Source: Rhodopila sp. (GTDB lineage: Bacteria; Pseudomonadota; Alphaproteobacteria; Acetobacterales; Acetobacteraceae). Taken from it: a stretch of DNA of 64,000 nucleotides. The notes beneath the pieces are model-generated. The model saw only the letters and a program-made list of their open reading frames with translations. It searched no databases and was not told where the DNA came from. Shown piece by piece: positions 29,738 to 42,328 of the stretch (position 1 is its first letter; each line of letters starts with the position of its first letter). The stretch covers positions 352,010-416,009 of the forward strand of contig NZ_OZ255846.1 of NCBI RefSeq assembly GCF_965277825.1, written 5' to 3'. Position numbers and translations under genes: made by a program.

Positions 29738-29782
29738 GTTCCGGGCTCCGAACGACTTGGCGAACAGATCCGGACAGGTCTT

Positions 29783-29818
29783 GAATAAAAAAGGCCCCGT
29801 CCGATGTCGGCGGGGCCT
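29783..29818 (-). terminator. rho-independent terminator-like hairpin (minus strand)
   Basis: Minus strand reads aggccccg-ccgacatcgga-cggggcct followed by ttttttatt. It lies 46 nt upstream of the LuxR start codon. Confidence 0.6.
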
Positions 29819-30058
29819 GAACCAAAGAGTGGTTTCGCTACCCTACCGTAACGACGTATTCACGTCGCGCGTGCAAGTCGCCTGCATGGCGCCGCCGGAC
29901 GTCCGAATAAGGATGAAATTAATGTACATGAAGCTCCAATATAAAAAAGCGGCAGCAAAGTAAAGCGCCATGTGCGCCGTTCGGGTTGCCGGCGCGACTC
30001 GGCGCTACACGATCTCGTGTTACGCTGATCCGGGTATGCGGCCGCCGATCGTGGGGCA

Positions 30059-30766
30059 TCAGGCTTGCGGGGCGTCACGAAACACTTCGTCCCAGGCAGC
30101 CCGCAGGGCGGTGTCGGCATCTTGAATGGTGGCCGGGATGCCGAGCGCGGCGAGGCTGGTGACGCCGTATTGCGGCAGGCCGCAGGGGACGATGCCGCTG
30201 AAATGGGTCAGGTCGGGGGCGATGTTGAGCGCGATGCCGTGCCAACTGACCCAGCGGGTTACGCGTACGCCGATGGCGCCAATCTTGGCCTCGGCTCCGG
30301 TGGTTGGGTCGGCGACCCAGATGCCGACGCGGCCTTCGCGGCGTTCGCCCTTGACGTGGAAGCGGTCGAGGGTGCGGATCAGCCATTGCTCCAGGCCGTT
30401 GACGAAGCAGCGGATGTCGTGGGCGGGGACGCTGCCGTGGGAGTGGTCGAGGTCGAGCATCACGTAGGCGGTGCGCTGGCCGGGTCCGTGATAGGTCCAC
30501 TGCCCGCCGCGGCCGGCGGCGAAGGTGGGGAACCGGGTCGGGTCGGTGAGTTCGGCCGGCTTGGCGGAGGTGCCGGCGGTGTAGAGCGGCGGATGCTCGA
30601 CCAGCCAGACGCGTTCGCGCGCGGTGCCGGCGCGGATGGCGCCAACGCGAGACTGCATGTCGGCGAGCGCGGTGGGGTATTCGGTAAGGCCGTCGGCGAC
30701 GCACCATTCCGGTGGCTGGGGATGGGGCGGCTGGGAGCGCGAGGTCATTGAACTGGTATCATTCAT
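30059..30766 (-). CDS. lipB: lipoyl(octanoyl) transferase
   Basis: [27 protein letters not shown] and [19 protein letters not shown] motifs. Confidence 0.9.
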   Translation of the reverse strand: MNDTSSMTSRSQPPHPQPPEWCVADGLTEYPTALADMQSRVGAIRAGTARERVWLVEHPPLYTAGTSAKPAELTDPTRFPTFAAGRGGQWTYHGPGQRTAYVMLDLDHSHGSVPAHDIRCFVNGLEQWLIRTLDRFHVKGERREGRVGIWVADPTTGAEAKIGAIGVRVTRWVSWHGIALNIAPDLTHFSGIVPCGLPQYGVTSLAALGIPATIQDADTALRAAWDEVFRDAPQA

Positions 30767-30797
30767 CCGCTATATGGCGCCGCCTGCCTACCACGGT

Positions 30798-30883
30798 GCG
30801 GTCGTGGCGGAATGGTAGACGCGCAAGCTTGAGGTGCTTGTGGGGGTAACCTCGTGGAAGTTCGAGTCTTCTCGACCGCACCA
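30798..30883 (+). tRNA. tRNA-Leu (anticodon GAG), CCA encoded
   Basis: Acceptor stem gcggtcg/cgaccgc. Anticodon stem caagc/gcttg with loop ttGAGgt. Long variable arm, T-loop ttcgagt, and a 3-prime acca. Confidence 0.9.
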
Positions 30884-30950
30884 GATCGATCCGATGCCTT
30901 GCCGGTATGTGGGCTCGGGTTCGCCTCCAGGCAATCCGGCGGAGGGTGAC

Positions 30951-32093
30951 TTGCAGACTGACCGGTGCCGCAACCCGCTGTTCGGGCCCAATCGGTTCAA
31001 GCTGGGGATCTTCAGCGCCAATTGCGACGGCGGCCTGACCATGAGCCTGGCCCCGGACCGCTGGAAAGCCGAATGGGCCGATATCGCGGCGATGACCGGC
31101 ATCGCCGACGAGGCGGGACTGGAGTTCATCCTGCCGGTCGCCAAGTGGCGCGGCTACCAGGGCAAGGCGAAGATCTACGGCCGGTCGTTCGAGACCTTGA
31201 CCCATGGCGCCGCGCTCGGCGCGCTGACCAGGCGAATCGCCATTTTCTGCACCGTCCACGTTCCGCTGGTGACGCCGGCGTTTGCCGCCAAGGCGATGGC
31301 GACGATCGACCATGTCAGCAACGGCCGGGCCGGGTTGAACATCGTCTGCGGCTGGAATCAGGAGGAGTTCGATCTGCATGGGGTCACCATCGATCAGGAC
31401 TCGCGCTACGATCATGGGCTGGAGTGGTTCCAGGTGTGGTCGAAGCTGCTCGCCGGGGGGCCGGAGTTCGACTGGGACGGGCGCTTCTTCAAGCTGCGGC
31501 GGCTGCAGACCGATCCGCTGTCGATCCAGCGGCCGTGGCCGGCGGTGATGTCGGCCGGGTTTTCGGCGAAAGGGCGCGACTTCGCGGCGCAGGCGGCGGA
31601 TGTGCTGTTCACCAACCTGACGCAGCTCGATCAGCTTCCGGCGATTCTGGCGGATATCAATGACCATATGGCCAGGCGTGGGCGGGTCATCTCGGTGTTT
31701 ACGATGTCGCATGTCGTGTGCCGGCCGACGCGGCGGGAAGCCGAGGAGTTTTATTACTATTTCGCCGAAGAGATGGCCGACGAGGAGGGCCAGGACTACT
31801 ACCGCCGGATGCGGGGAACCACGGCCGGCAGCGGCGCGCAGAGGGTGGTTCGGCCGTTCGACACGCGTTTCAACCTGGCCACCGGAAAGCGCTTCGCCGG
31901 TGCTTATCCCGGTGCGTTCCCGCTGGTTGGCACGCCTGACGAGATCACGGCGGAGCTGGTGGCGATGAGCGAGTTGGGCCTGGCCGGCACTTCGGTGGCG
32001 TTCCTGGACTATCTGAAGGAGATTCCGTTCTTCCTGCAGGAGGTGCTGCCGAGGCTGGAGAGGGCCGGGTTGCGGCAGCCGGTCGCGGCCTGA
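30951..32093 (+). CDS. LLM-class (luciferase-like) flavin-dependent monooxygenase
   Basis: NPLFGPNRFKLGIFSAN, FILPVAKWRGY and NGRAGLNIVCGWNQEEF motifs. TTG 30951 has GGAGG 5 nt upstream. ATG 30894 is only 10 nt after the tRNA, and the ORF start at 30834 overlaps the tRNA. Confidence 0.8.
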   Translation: MQTDRCRNPLFGPNRFKLGIFSANCDGGLTMSLAPDRWKAEWADIAAMTGIADEAGLEFILPVAKWRGYQGKAKIYGRSFETLTHGAALGALTRRIAIFCTVHVPLVTPAFAAKAMATIDHVSNGRAGLNIVCGWNQEEFDLHGVTIDQDSRYDHGLEWFQVWSKLLAGGPEFDWDGRFFKLRRLQTDPLSIQRPWPAVMSAGFSAKGRDFAAQAADVLFTNLTQLDQLPAILADINDHMARRGRVISVFTMSHVVCRPTRREAEEFYYYFAEEMADEEGQDYYRRMRGTTAGSGAQRVVRPFDTRFNLATGKRFAGAYPGAFPLVGTPDEITAELVAMSELGLAGTSVAFLDYLKEIPFFLQEVLPRLERAGLRQPVAA

Positions 32094-32141
32094 ACGACAG
32101 GCGCGGCGTCGCTGCCAAGCCATCTGAACGGCTCTGTGGCC

Positions 32142-32335
32142 GGTGAGCTGATCGGTGGCGGGTGAGCTGATCGGTGGCGGGTGAGCTGATCGGTGGCGCG
32201 TGATCAGTGGCGGGTTAACTGATCGGTGGCGGGTGAGCTGATCAGGGGCGGGTCAGCTGATCTGGGGCGGGTGAGCTGATCGGTGGCGGGCGAGCTGATC
32301 GGTGGCGGGTGGATCTGTGACTGGTTAGCTGATCA
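32142..32335. repeat. 19-bp tandem array, ~10 units (ggtgagctgatcggtggcg)
   Basis: Three perfect units followed by degenerate ones. The array fills the gap between the LLM stop (32093) and the PMM stop (32333). The last unit overlaps the PMM stop codon. Confidence 0.9.
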
Positions 32336-33820
32336 GTGGCCGGCGTGGCTGCCGGAGAAATCCGGCTGTTCCAGGCCCGAGGCTTCGAGTTGCTTGACCA
32401 GTGCGGCCTTCAGGCGGTCCAGGCCGGCGGTGCTGGTGGCCTCGCAGCGGGCGACCAGCACGGCCTGGGTGTTGGAGGCTCGCAGCAGCCACCAGCCGTC
32501 CGGGGTCTGCACGCGAACGCCATCGGTGGCGGAGACCTTGGCACCCTCGGCCTGCAGGCGGGAGGCGACTTCCTCGATCACGGCGAACTTGCGGCGGTCG
32601 TCGCAGTCGAAGCGGACTTCAGGGGTGTTGATGACGTGGGGGAGGGCTTCGCGCATCGCCGACAGCTTGCCGGACATGCGGGCGACGATGCCCAGGGTGC
32701 GGACCGCGGCGTACAGCGCGTCGTCGAAGCCGTACCAGCGGTCGGCGAAGAAGATGTGGCCGGACATCTCGCCGGCCAGCGGGCTGCCGGTCTCGGCCAT
32801 CTTCGACTTGACCAGGGAGTGTCCGGTCTTCCACATCAGCGGGTGGCCGCCGGCCTTGGCGATTTCATCGAACAGCACCTGGCTGGCCTTGACGTCGGCG
32901 ATGATGGTGGCGCCGGGATGTTCCTTCAGCACGTCGCGCGCCAGCAGCACCATAAGCTGATCGCCGAACAGGATCGCGCCGGTATCGTCGACCAGGCCGA
33001 TGCGGTCGGCGTCGCCGTCGAAGGCGATGCCGATATCGGCCTGGCGGGCGCGCACCTCGGCGACCAGTTGGGCCAGGTTGGCCGGCACGGTGGGATCGGG
33101 GTGGTGGGCCGGGAAATGGCCGTCGATGGTGCCGTTCAACACGTGATGCTCGCCCGGCAAGGAGGCCACCAGTTTGTCCAGCACGTCGCCAGCGGCGCCG
33201 TTGCCGTTATCCCAGACCACTTTCAGCATGCGGTCGCCGCCATCCCAATCGGACAGCAGGCGCGCTGCGTAGTCATCGGCGATGGCGACGGCCTGTTCGG
33301 TGCCGGCGGCCTCGGGGACCACATCGCCGGTTTCGGCCAGCTTGCCGATGCGCAAGATCTGCTGGCCGAAGAACGGCTTGCGGCCCCACATCATCTTGAA
33401 GCCGTTATAGTCGGGCGGGTTGTGCGATCCGGTGACCATGACGGCGCCGTCGGTCTCCAGCGTGGTCGCGGCATAGTACAGCATCGGGGTCGGGCCGCGG
33501 CCGACACGCAAGGCTTCGACGCCGCTGGCCTTGAGACCGTCGACCAGGGCCTGTTCCAGATCGGGGCTGGTCAGGCGGCCGTCGTAGCCCACCGCCACGC
33601 GCTTGGCCGCACCGTGCGAACTAGCGCCGGGCGACTTTGTACCGGGCGCCTGGGCATCGGCCCCGGCCGCGGCGGCCGGCGGCGCGTCGGCTTCGACCAG
33701 CATCGATCCGAAAACGCGGCCGATGGCGAAGGCGTCGGCCGGGTGCAGGGTTCGCCCGACGATGCCGCGGATGTCGTATTCGCGCAGCACCGTCGGATCG
33801 AAATGGTGGGAGAAGGCCAT
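32333..33820 (-). CDS. phosphomannomutase/phosphoglucomutase
   Basis: Active-site [13 protein letters not shown], Mg site FDGDADR, and GEMSGH. Confidence 0.9.
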   Translation of the reverse strand: MAFSHHFDPTVLREYDIRGIVGRTLHPADAFAIGRVFGSMLVEADAPPAAAAGADAQAPGTKSPGASSHGAAKRVAVGYDGRLTSPDLEQALVDGLKASGVEALRVGRGPTPMLYYAATTLETDGAVMVTGSHNPPDYNGFKMMWGRKPFFGQQILRIGKLAETGDVVPEAAGTEQAVAIADDYAARLLSDWDGGDRMLKVVWDNGNGAAGDVLDKLVASLPGEHHVLNGTIDGHFPAHHPDPTVPANLAQLVAEVRARQADIGIAFDGDADRIGLVDDTGAILFGDQLMVLLARDVLKEHPGATIIADVKASQVLFDEIAKAGGHPLMWKTGHSLVKSKMAETGSPLAGEMSGHIFFADRWYGFDDALYAAVRTLGIVARMSGKLSAMREALPHVINTPEVRFDCDDRRKFAVIEEVASRLQAEGAKVSATDGVRVQTPDGWWLLRASNTQAVLVARCEATSTAGLDRLKAALVKQLEASGLEQPDFSGSHAGH

Positions 33821-33840
33821 GGATCTGGTTGCTCTTGCTG

Positions 33841-34722
33841 TCAGATGTAGTTCTTCAGGAACGCGTGCACCGCGCCGGCCAGGTCGGGTCGCTGCAGGGC
33901 GAAGGCGATCTGCGCCTCCAGAAAGCCGATCTTGTCGCCGCAGTCAAAGCGGCGGCCCTGGTAGCGCAGGCCATGGAACGGTTGCTCGCCGATCAGGCGG
34001 GCCATGCCGTCGGTCAGTTGCACCTCATTCCCGGCGCCGCGGTCCATCCGCGCGAGGTGGGTAATGACCTCCGGCATCAGGATGTAGCGGCCGATGATCG
34101 AGAGGTTGGACGGGGCGTCCTTGGGCGCCGGTTTTTCGACCAGGCCGAGCACCTCGACCAGGCGGCCGTCGTCCTTTCCGGTGCGCAGGATGCCGTAGCG
34201 GTTGGTCTGTTCGGGCGGCACCTCGGTGATGGCGACGACGTTGCCGCCGGTTTCGCGGTAGGCCTCGGCGAGTTGCTGCATGCAGGGCTTGTCGGCCAGC
34301 ACCATGTCGTCGGGCAGCAGGATGGCGAACGGGTCGTCGCCGACGAAGGCGCGGGCGCACCAGATGGCGTGGCCTAGGCCGAGCGGCACTTGCTGGCGAA
34401 CCGTGGCGATCGAGCCGGGTTCGCTTTGGGTGCCGACCAGGGCGGCCATCGCGTCGTGTTTGTTGCGTTCTCGCAAGGTGGCTTCCAATTCGTACGCAAC
34501 GTCGAAATGGTCTACCATGGAGGTCTTGCCGCGGCCGGTGACCATGCAGAATTGCTCAATGCCGGCGGCGCGTGCCTCTTCCACGGCGTACTGGATCAAT
34601 GGCTTGTCGACGACGGGCAACATCTCTTTGGCGATGGCCTTGGTGGCGGGCAGGAAGCGGGTGCCCATGCCGGCGACGGGGAGGACGGCTTTGCGCAGTT
34701 TTTTGATCACGCACGGCTCCAA
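33841..34722 (-). CDS. galU: UTP--glucose-1-phosphate uridylyltransferase
   Basis: [35 protein letters not shown] and VEKP motifs. Confidence 0.9.
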   Translation of the reverse strand: MEPCVIKKLRKAVLPVAGMGTRFLPATKAIAKEMLPVVDKPLIQYAVEEARAAGIEQFCMVTGRGKTSMVDHFDVAYELEATLRERNKHDAMAALVGTQSEPGSIATVRQQVPLGLGHAIWCARAFVGDDPFAILLPDDMVLADKPCMQQLAEAYRETGGNVVAITEVPPEQTNRYGILRTGKDDGRLVEVLGLVEKPAPKDAPSNLSIIGRYILMPEVITHLARMDRGAGNEVQLTDGMARLIGEQPFHGLRYQGRRFDCGDKIGFLEAQIAFALQRPDLAGAVHAFLKNYI

Positions 34723-34843
34723 TCAAAATTTTTCGCAGATTCGCGCGGCGCGGGATGGCCCGTGGCGATGCTGATGGGGCAACGCCGCACACCGACGCGC
34801 GCAAGCACGGGGCTGCGGCGTGAAGATAAGTCCGTGGCCGGCT

Positions 34844-35308
34844 TTACCCAAGCAGAATGTCACGGGCCTGGTTGATCCGCGCGGCGAGCCAGTCCGAGCC
34901 GCCGGCGTCGGGGTGGGCGCCGCGCATCAGGCGGCGGTGGGCGTTCCTGATGTCGGGTTCGGAGGCGCCTGGGCGTAATCCTAGCACCGCGTAGGCTTCC
35001 TCACGGGTCATCGGGCCGGAGCGTGCCGGGCCTGAGTCGGAGTTGCCGGCGCCGGTTCGGGGCCCTCCGGCGCGGCGGCCGCGGGCGGCCTGCCAGCGTT
35101 GGTAGACCAGCGGGCCGAACAGGGTGAGTGCACCGAGCGCGACGCCGCCTCGGCCGGTGAGGATCAGCAGCAGGGCGAGGCTGAGGCCGCCGAGGGCGAG
35201 GATCCAGGTGAACAACGCCTTGATCGAGGTGACCGAGGCCTTGGCGAACGCGCTCATGCCGCCGAGCAGCAGGAACAGGACGACGGCGCCGAGAAGAAGC
35301 CAGAGCAT
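34844..35308 (-). CDS. membrane-anchored J-domain protein
   Basis: Two N-terminal TM segments, then the J-domain EAYAVLGLRPGASEPDIRNAHRRLMRGAHPD (HPD motif). Confidence 0.8.
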   Translation of the reverse strand: MLWLLLGAVVLFLLLGGMSAFAKASVTSIKALFTWILALGGLSLALLLILTGRGGVALGALTLFGPLVYQRWQAARGRRAGGPRTGAGNSDSGPARSGPMTREEAYAVLGLRPGASEPDIRNAHRRLMRGAHPDAGGSDWLAARINQARDILLG

Positions 35309-35338
35309 GTCAGGCCATCATGTGGGGTGGCTGGTCAC

Positions 35339-37639
<2,301 letters not shown>

Positions 37640-37871
37640 TGTTGCCTCGGGTGGTCGGGTTGCAGCGGCGCACCATGGTGGGCGGAGGCTGGGCTGGCAA
37701 CATGAGGTTGTTTTTTCGCTTTTTGGTTAGAAACAGCAGTTGGGTCCCTTTTGGGGGACAGTTGGAGAAAGATTGACTGAATAGCGGGTTTGATCTTGTG
37801 GTTTTGGAAAAAATATCCTCTTAAGCGCCATCCGATTGCGCCCGAAGCGCGTTTCAAGGCGTCCCTGTTCG

Positions 37872-38726
37872 ATGCAATTTCCCGGTCTTTTCGGCGCGAG
37901 GTTCGATCCAGGTTCGGTCTGGCTGGTGGGGGCGGGTCCGGGTGATCCGGGCCTGCTGACGCTGCACGCGGCCTATGCGCTGGGTCAGGCGGATGTGGTG
38001 GTGCACGACGCGCTGGTGTCGGATGCGATCTTGTCGCTGGCGCCGGAGGCGGTGCTGGAGCTGGCGGGCAAGCGGGCTGGCGGGGTGCGCACTCAGCAAT
38101 TGCGGATCAACGACCGGCTGATCCGGTTGGCTCGTCGGGGGCTGCGGGTGGTGCGGCTGAAGGGTGGCGACCCGCTGGTGTTCGGGCGCGGCGGTGAGGA
38201 AGCGCTGGCGCTGGCCGCCGCCGGGATCGGGTTCCGTATCGTGCCGGGGATCAGCGCCGGGCTTGGTGCCACGGCGGCGGCGGGGATTCCGCTGACCCAT
38301 CGGGGGTTGGCGCGCAGCGTGGCGCTGGCGACCGGGCACGATTCCAGCGGCGAGCTGGCGGATGTGGACTGGGCTTCGGTGTCGCGCGGGTCGGAGGTGC
38401 TGGTGTTCTACATGGCGCAGCGCCGGATCGGGCAAATCGCGGAGCGGCTGATGCAGGCGGGGCGTGACGCCGGCGAGCCGGTGGCGCTGATCAGCAATGC
38501 CACTCGGGTCGATCAGGAGGTGCGGATTTCGACGTTGGCCGAGGCGGGATCGGCGGCGGTTGGGATCGCTTCCGGTGCGGCGACGCTGATCGTGGTGGGG
38601 CCGACCATCGGGCTGCGGGCGTTGCTGGCCGATTGGCAGCAGATTGAACCGATGACCGTTGCGGGTGGCGAGGCGGGTTCCCAGGGCCGACTTCCCTTGG
38701 GCCGGCGCGGCTTGGCCCAAGGCTGA
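37872..38726 (+). CDS. cobA: uroporphyrinogen-III C-methyltransferase
   Basis: VWLVGAGPGDPGLLTL, VVHDALV and RLKGGDPLVFGRGGEE motifs. Confidence 0.85.
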   Translation: MQFPGLFGARFDPGSVWLVGAGPGDPGLLTLHAAYALGQADVVVHDALVSDAILSLAPEAVLELAGKRAGGVRTQQLRINDRLIRLARRGLRVVRLKGGDPLVFGRGGEEALALAAAGIGFRIVPGISAGLGATAAAGIPLTHRGLARSVALATGHDSSGELADVDWASVSRGSEVLVFYMAQRRIGQIAERLMQAGRDAGEPVALISNATRVDQEVRISTLAEAGSAAVGIASGAATLIVVGPTIGLRALLADWQQIEPMTVAGGEAGSQGRLPLGRRGLAQG

Positions 38727-38736
38727 AGGATAAGAC

Positions 38737-40482
38737 ATGCAGACTGCTCCATTGCTGCCTACCACGGCGCCGTTTGCCGAGGAACAGATCGCGGCGCTGA
38801 ACCGGGTTATCTCGGTGACGACGGCGGAACAGCGGGCGTGGCTTTCGGGCTATCTGGCGGGGTTGCAGGCGGCGAATGATCCGCAAAGTGCCACGCCGGC
38901 CGCGCCGCCGGCCAAACGCGCGCCGCTGACCATTCTGTTCGCCACCGAATCGGGCAATGCAGAGGCGCTGGCGGGGCGGGCGCGCAAGGCGGCGGCGAAA
39001 CTCGGGTTCGCGGCGAAAGTGGTCGATATGGCTGATTTCACTCCGCGGCAGGCGGCGGGTGTGGAGAATTTGCTGATCGTTGCGTCGACGTGGGGCGAGG
39101 GTGACCCGCCGCAGCGGGCGGTGGATTTCCATGAGGCGTTGATGGCCGAGGATGCGCCCGCGTTCGACAAGACGCGGTTCGCGGTGCTGGCGCTGGGCGA
39201 TCGGGCCTATGCGCGGTTCTGCGAGATCGGGCGGAGCATCGATGAGCGGCTGGCGGCGCTAGGCGGGGCGCGGGTGGCCGAACGGATCGAGTGCGATCTG
39301 GATTTCGAGACCGCGGCGTCGGGCTGGATCGATGCGACACTGGAGCGGCTGAACGCCGAGGTTGGCGGCGAGGCGGTGGGTGCCTCGGTGATCCATGTCG
39401 ATTTTGCTCGGCCGGGGGGCGAGGCGCCGACGCGGGCGGTTCCGTTCGCGGCGGAGATTACTGAGCATGTGCGGCTGAGCGGCAGCCGGTCTTCGTCGGA
39501 TACGCATCATGTCGCGGTGTCGCTGGCGGGGTCGGGGATTGTTTATGAGCCGGGTGACTCGCTGGGGGTGGTGGCGGAGAACGATCCGGCGCTGGCCGAT
39601 GCGGTGTTGCGGGCGGCGGGGCTGAGCGATGACGCGGCGTTGCGCGATGCGCTGATCGAGCGGCTGGACATCACCACACTGACGCCCGGGCAGATCGAGG
39701 CTTTTGCCCGCGAGACGAAGACGCCGGCTCAGTCGGCGGAGTGGGCGGTGGGACGGCAGGTGATTGACCTGCTGGAGACCGCGCCGGGGGCGTTGAGTGG
39801 CGAACAACTGACGGCTCTGCTGCGGCCGCTGCCGCCGCGGTATTACTCGATTGCGTCTAGCCAGCGGGCGGTGGGGGAGGAGGCGCATCTGCTGGTTGCC
39901 GGGCTGCGCTATGCGGCGCATGGGCGGGAAAGGGGCGGCGTGGCGTCGCTGGATATCAGCGCGCGGCATGGCGAGGGCGATCGGCTGAAGGTTTTTCTGC
40001 GGCCGAATGCGCATTTCCGGCTGCCGGTGGATGGTGAGCGGCCGATCATCATGGTCGGGCCGGGTACTGGGCTGGCTCCGTTCCGCGGGTTTTTGCAGGA
40101 ACGTGAGGCTGCGGCTTCGGCGGGGCGAAATTGGCTGGTGTTTGGGCACCGTAACTACAGCCATGACTTTCTTTATCAGCTCGAGCTGCAGGACTGGGTG
40201 AAGAGCGGGCTGCTGAGCCGGCTGGATGTGGCGTTTTCTCGGGATCAGCCGGAGAAGCGCTATGTGCAGGACGCGCTGTGGGAGGCTCGGGCGGATGTGC
40301 ATGGGTGGCTGAGAGAGGGTGCGGCGCTTTACGTTTGTGGTGACGCCAATGCGATGGCCAAGGATGTGCACGCGGTGCTGCTGCGGATCCTGGCTGATCA
40401 GGGTCGCCAGGATGGGGCGGGGGCGAAGGCGGAGCTGGATGCGATCCGGCGCGACGGGCGTTATCTGCGTGATGTTTACTGA
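38737..40482 (+). CDS. cysJ: assimilatory sulfite reductase (NADPH) flavoprotein-like subunit
   Basis: Flavodoxin-like region (ILFATESGNAE..STWGEGDPP) plus FNR-like region (RYYSIASS, GPGTGLAPFRGFL, VCGDA..MAKDV, RYLRDVY end). Confidence 0.85.
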   Translation: MQTAPLLPTTAPFAEEQIAALNRVISVTTAEQRAWLSGYLAGLQAANDPQSATPAAPPAKRAPLTILFATESGNAEALAGRARKAAAKLGFAAKVVDMADFTPRQAAGVENLLIVASTWGEGDPPQRAVDFHEALMAEDAPAFDKTRFAVLALGDRAYARFCEIGRSIDERLAALGGARVAERIECDLDFETAASGWIDATLERLNAEVGGEAVGASVIHVDFARPGGEAPTRAVPFAAEITEHVRLSGSRSSSDTHHVAVSLAGSGIVYEPGDSLGVVAENDPALADAVLRAAGLSDDAALRDALIERLDITTLTPGQIEAFARETKTPAQSAEWAVGRQVIDLLETAPGALSGEQLTALLRPLPPRYYSIASSQRAVGEEAHLLVAGLRYAAHGRERGGVASLDISARHGEGDRLKVFLRPNAHFRLPVDGERPIIMVGPGTGLAPFRGFLQEREAAASAGRNWLVFGHRNYSHDFLYQLELQDWVKSGLLSRLDVAFSRDQPEKRYVQDALWEARADVHGWLREGAALYVCGDANAMAKDVHAVLLRILADQGRQDGAGAKAELDAIRRDGRYLRDVY

Positions 40483-40493
40483 GGGTGATCGGC

Positions 40494-42200
40494 ATGGCCT
40501 CGGAACAGAAGTTATCGGCGAACGAGCGTATCAAGGCGGAGAGTCGTTTGTTGCGCGGTTCGATCGCCGAGGGTCTTGGGCGCGTCGAGACCGGGGCGCT
40601 GGCGGACGATGACACCCAACTGACGAAGTTCCATGGCTTCTATCAGCAGGACGATCGTGATCTGCGGGCCGAACGCGGCAAGCAGCGAATGGAGAAGGCG
40701 TTCAGCTTCATGGTGCGGATGCGGATTCCCGCGGGCACCGTTAGCCCGGCGCAATGGCTGGCGATCGAGCAACTGGCGTTGCAAAGGGGCAATGGCAGCA
40801 TCCGGCTGACGACGCGCCAGACGGTGCAGTTGCACGGTGTGCTGAAGGGCAATCTGCGATCGTTGATGCAGGGGCTGCATGACGTGTCGCTGGACACGAT
40901 CGCGGCTTGCGGCGACGTCAATCGCAACGTCATCGCGTCGGCCGATCCTTGGCGGCGCGCGCTGCACGGGGAAATCAGTTCGCTGGCGGTCCGGCTTTCG
41001 GAGCACCTGCTGCCGCGCAGCCGAGCCTGGCACGAGATCTGGCTGGGCGAGGAGCAGGTTGCGGGTGAGGCGGTGGAGGACGAGCCGATTCTTGGGCGGA
41101 CCTATCTGCCCCGGAAATTCAAGATCGCCATCGCGCTGCCGCCGCACAACGAGGTCGATGTTTTCGCCCATGATTTGGGGTTCATCGCCATTGTCGAGGG
41201 CGGTGCGATAGCCGGCTACAACGTTGTGGTGGGCGGCGGCATGGGGATGACGCATGGCGAGACGGAGACCTATCCGCGGACCGGCGACGTGATCGGGTTC
41301 TGCTGGGCGGGGGATGCGATCGAGGTGGCGGAGAAAGTCGTCACCGTGCAGCGCGACCACGGTGATCGTTTCAATCGAAAGCATGCTCGGTTGAAATACA
41401 CTATCGACGCGATGGGGCTGGATCGGTTCGTCGGCTTGCTGAGGGAACGCCTCGCTGTCGGGCTGGAGCCGGCTCGGGACTATGCGTTCACCTCGACCGG
41501 CGACCGGTTGAGATGGGTCGAGGAAGCGGATGGTTCGGCGCATTTTACGTTGTTCGTGGAGAATGGGCGGATCCGGGGCGGGATGCTGGAGGGGCTGCAC
41601 GCGATCGCCGAACTGGGTGTCGGGCGGTTCGTGATCACGGCGAACCAGAATCTGATATTGGCGGAGATTCCGGCGTCGGCTCGGCGGGAGGTGCAGGCGG
41701 TGCTGGCGGGGCATGGACTGGATCGGTCGGCGGCCGGGCTGCGGCGTAATGCGATGGCCTGCGTGGCGCTGCCGACATGCGGGCTCGCGCTGGCGGAAAG
41801 TGAACGTTACTTGCCCGATCTGGTGGGCCGACTGGAGGTTGAGCTTGAGCGGTTTGGGCTGGGTGATGACGAGATCACCATGCGGATGACCGGCTGCCCG
41901 AACGGTTGTGCCAGGCCTTATGTGTCCGAGATCGGGTTGGTCGGGCGTACGCCGGGTATCTACAATCTGTATCTTGGAGGGGCGTTCGAGGGTGTGCGGC
42001 TTAACAAGCTGTATCGCCGTGATGTCGATGGCGACGCGATCGTGGCGGCGCTGTCGCCGTTGTTCGAGCGCTATGCGGCGGCGCGGGGGCGGGACGAGCG
42101 GTTCGGCGATTACCTGATCCGAGCCGGCATCGTTGCGGAAACGACGGCCGGATTGAACTTTCATGAAAACCTGTCTGCTGACGTAGGGTCCCAAATCTGA
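40494..42200 (+). CDS. cysI: assimilatory sulfite reductase hemoprotein subunit
   Basis: LTKFHGFYQQDDRD, RLTTRQTVQLHGV, and the siroheme/4Fe-4S Cys cluster (ACVALPTCGLA..TGCPNGCARP). Confidence 0.9.
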   Translation: MASEQKLSANERIKAESRLLRGSIAEGLGRVETGALADDDTQLTKFHGFYQQDDRDLRAERGKQRMEKAFSFMVRMRIPAGTVSPAQWLAIEQLALQRGNGSIRLTTRQTVQLHGVLKGNLRSLMQGLHDVSLDTIAACGDVNRNVIASADPWRRALHGEISSLAVRLSEHLLPRSRAWHEIWLGEEQVAGEAVEDEPILGRTYLPRKFKIAIALPPHNEVDVFAHDLGFIAIVEGGAIAGYNVVVGGGMGMTHGETETYPRTGDVIGFCWAGDAIEVAEKVVTVQRDHGDRFNRKHARLKYTIDAMGLDRFVGLLRERLAVGLEPARDYAFTSTGDRLRWVEEADGSAHFTLFVENGRIRGGMLEGLHAIAELGVGRFVITANQNLILAEIPASARREVQAVLAGHGLDRSAAGLRRNAMACVALPTCGLALAESERYLPDLVGRLEVELERFGLGDDEITMRMTGCPNGCARPYVSEIGLVGRTPGIYNLYLGGAFEGVRLNKLYRRDVDGDAIVAALSPLFERYAAARGRDERFGDYLIRAGIVAETTAGLNFHENLSADVGSQI

Positions 42201-42328
42201 AGTTCGCCATATCCGGCGAACATCAGTCTCGGGGACCCTAACTTTGTGTTTTCACTGGCCTGCTGATCCCCATACGTGCGCCGCATAGTGCGGCGAACTT
42301 CTGGGGCAGGACATTAGGGAGCTGATCG

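Noticed and set aside
30766-32100. Genomic island or integrative element at tRNA-Leu
   Set aside because: There is no integrase, no phage or conjugation genes, and I found no direct repeat of the tRNA 3-prime end in the flanking 10 kb. The neighbouring genes (lipB, LLM, PMM, galU) look like core metabolism.
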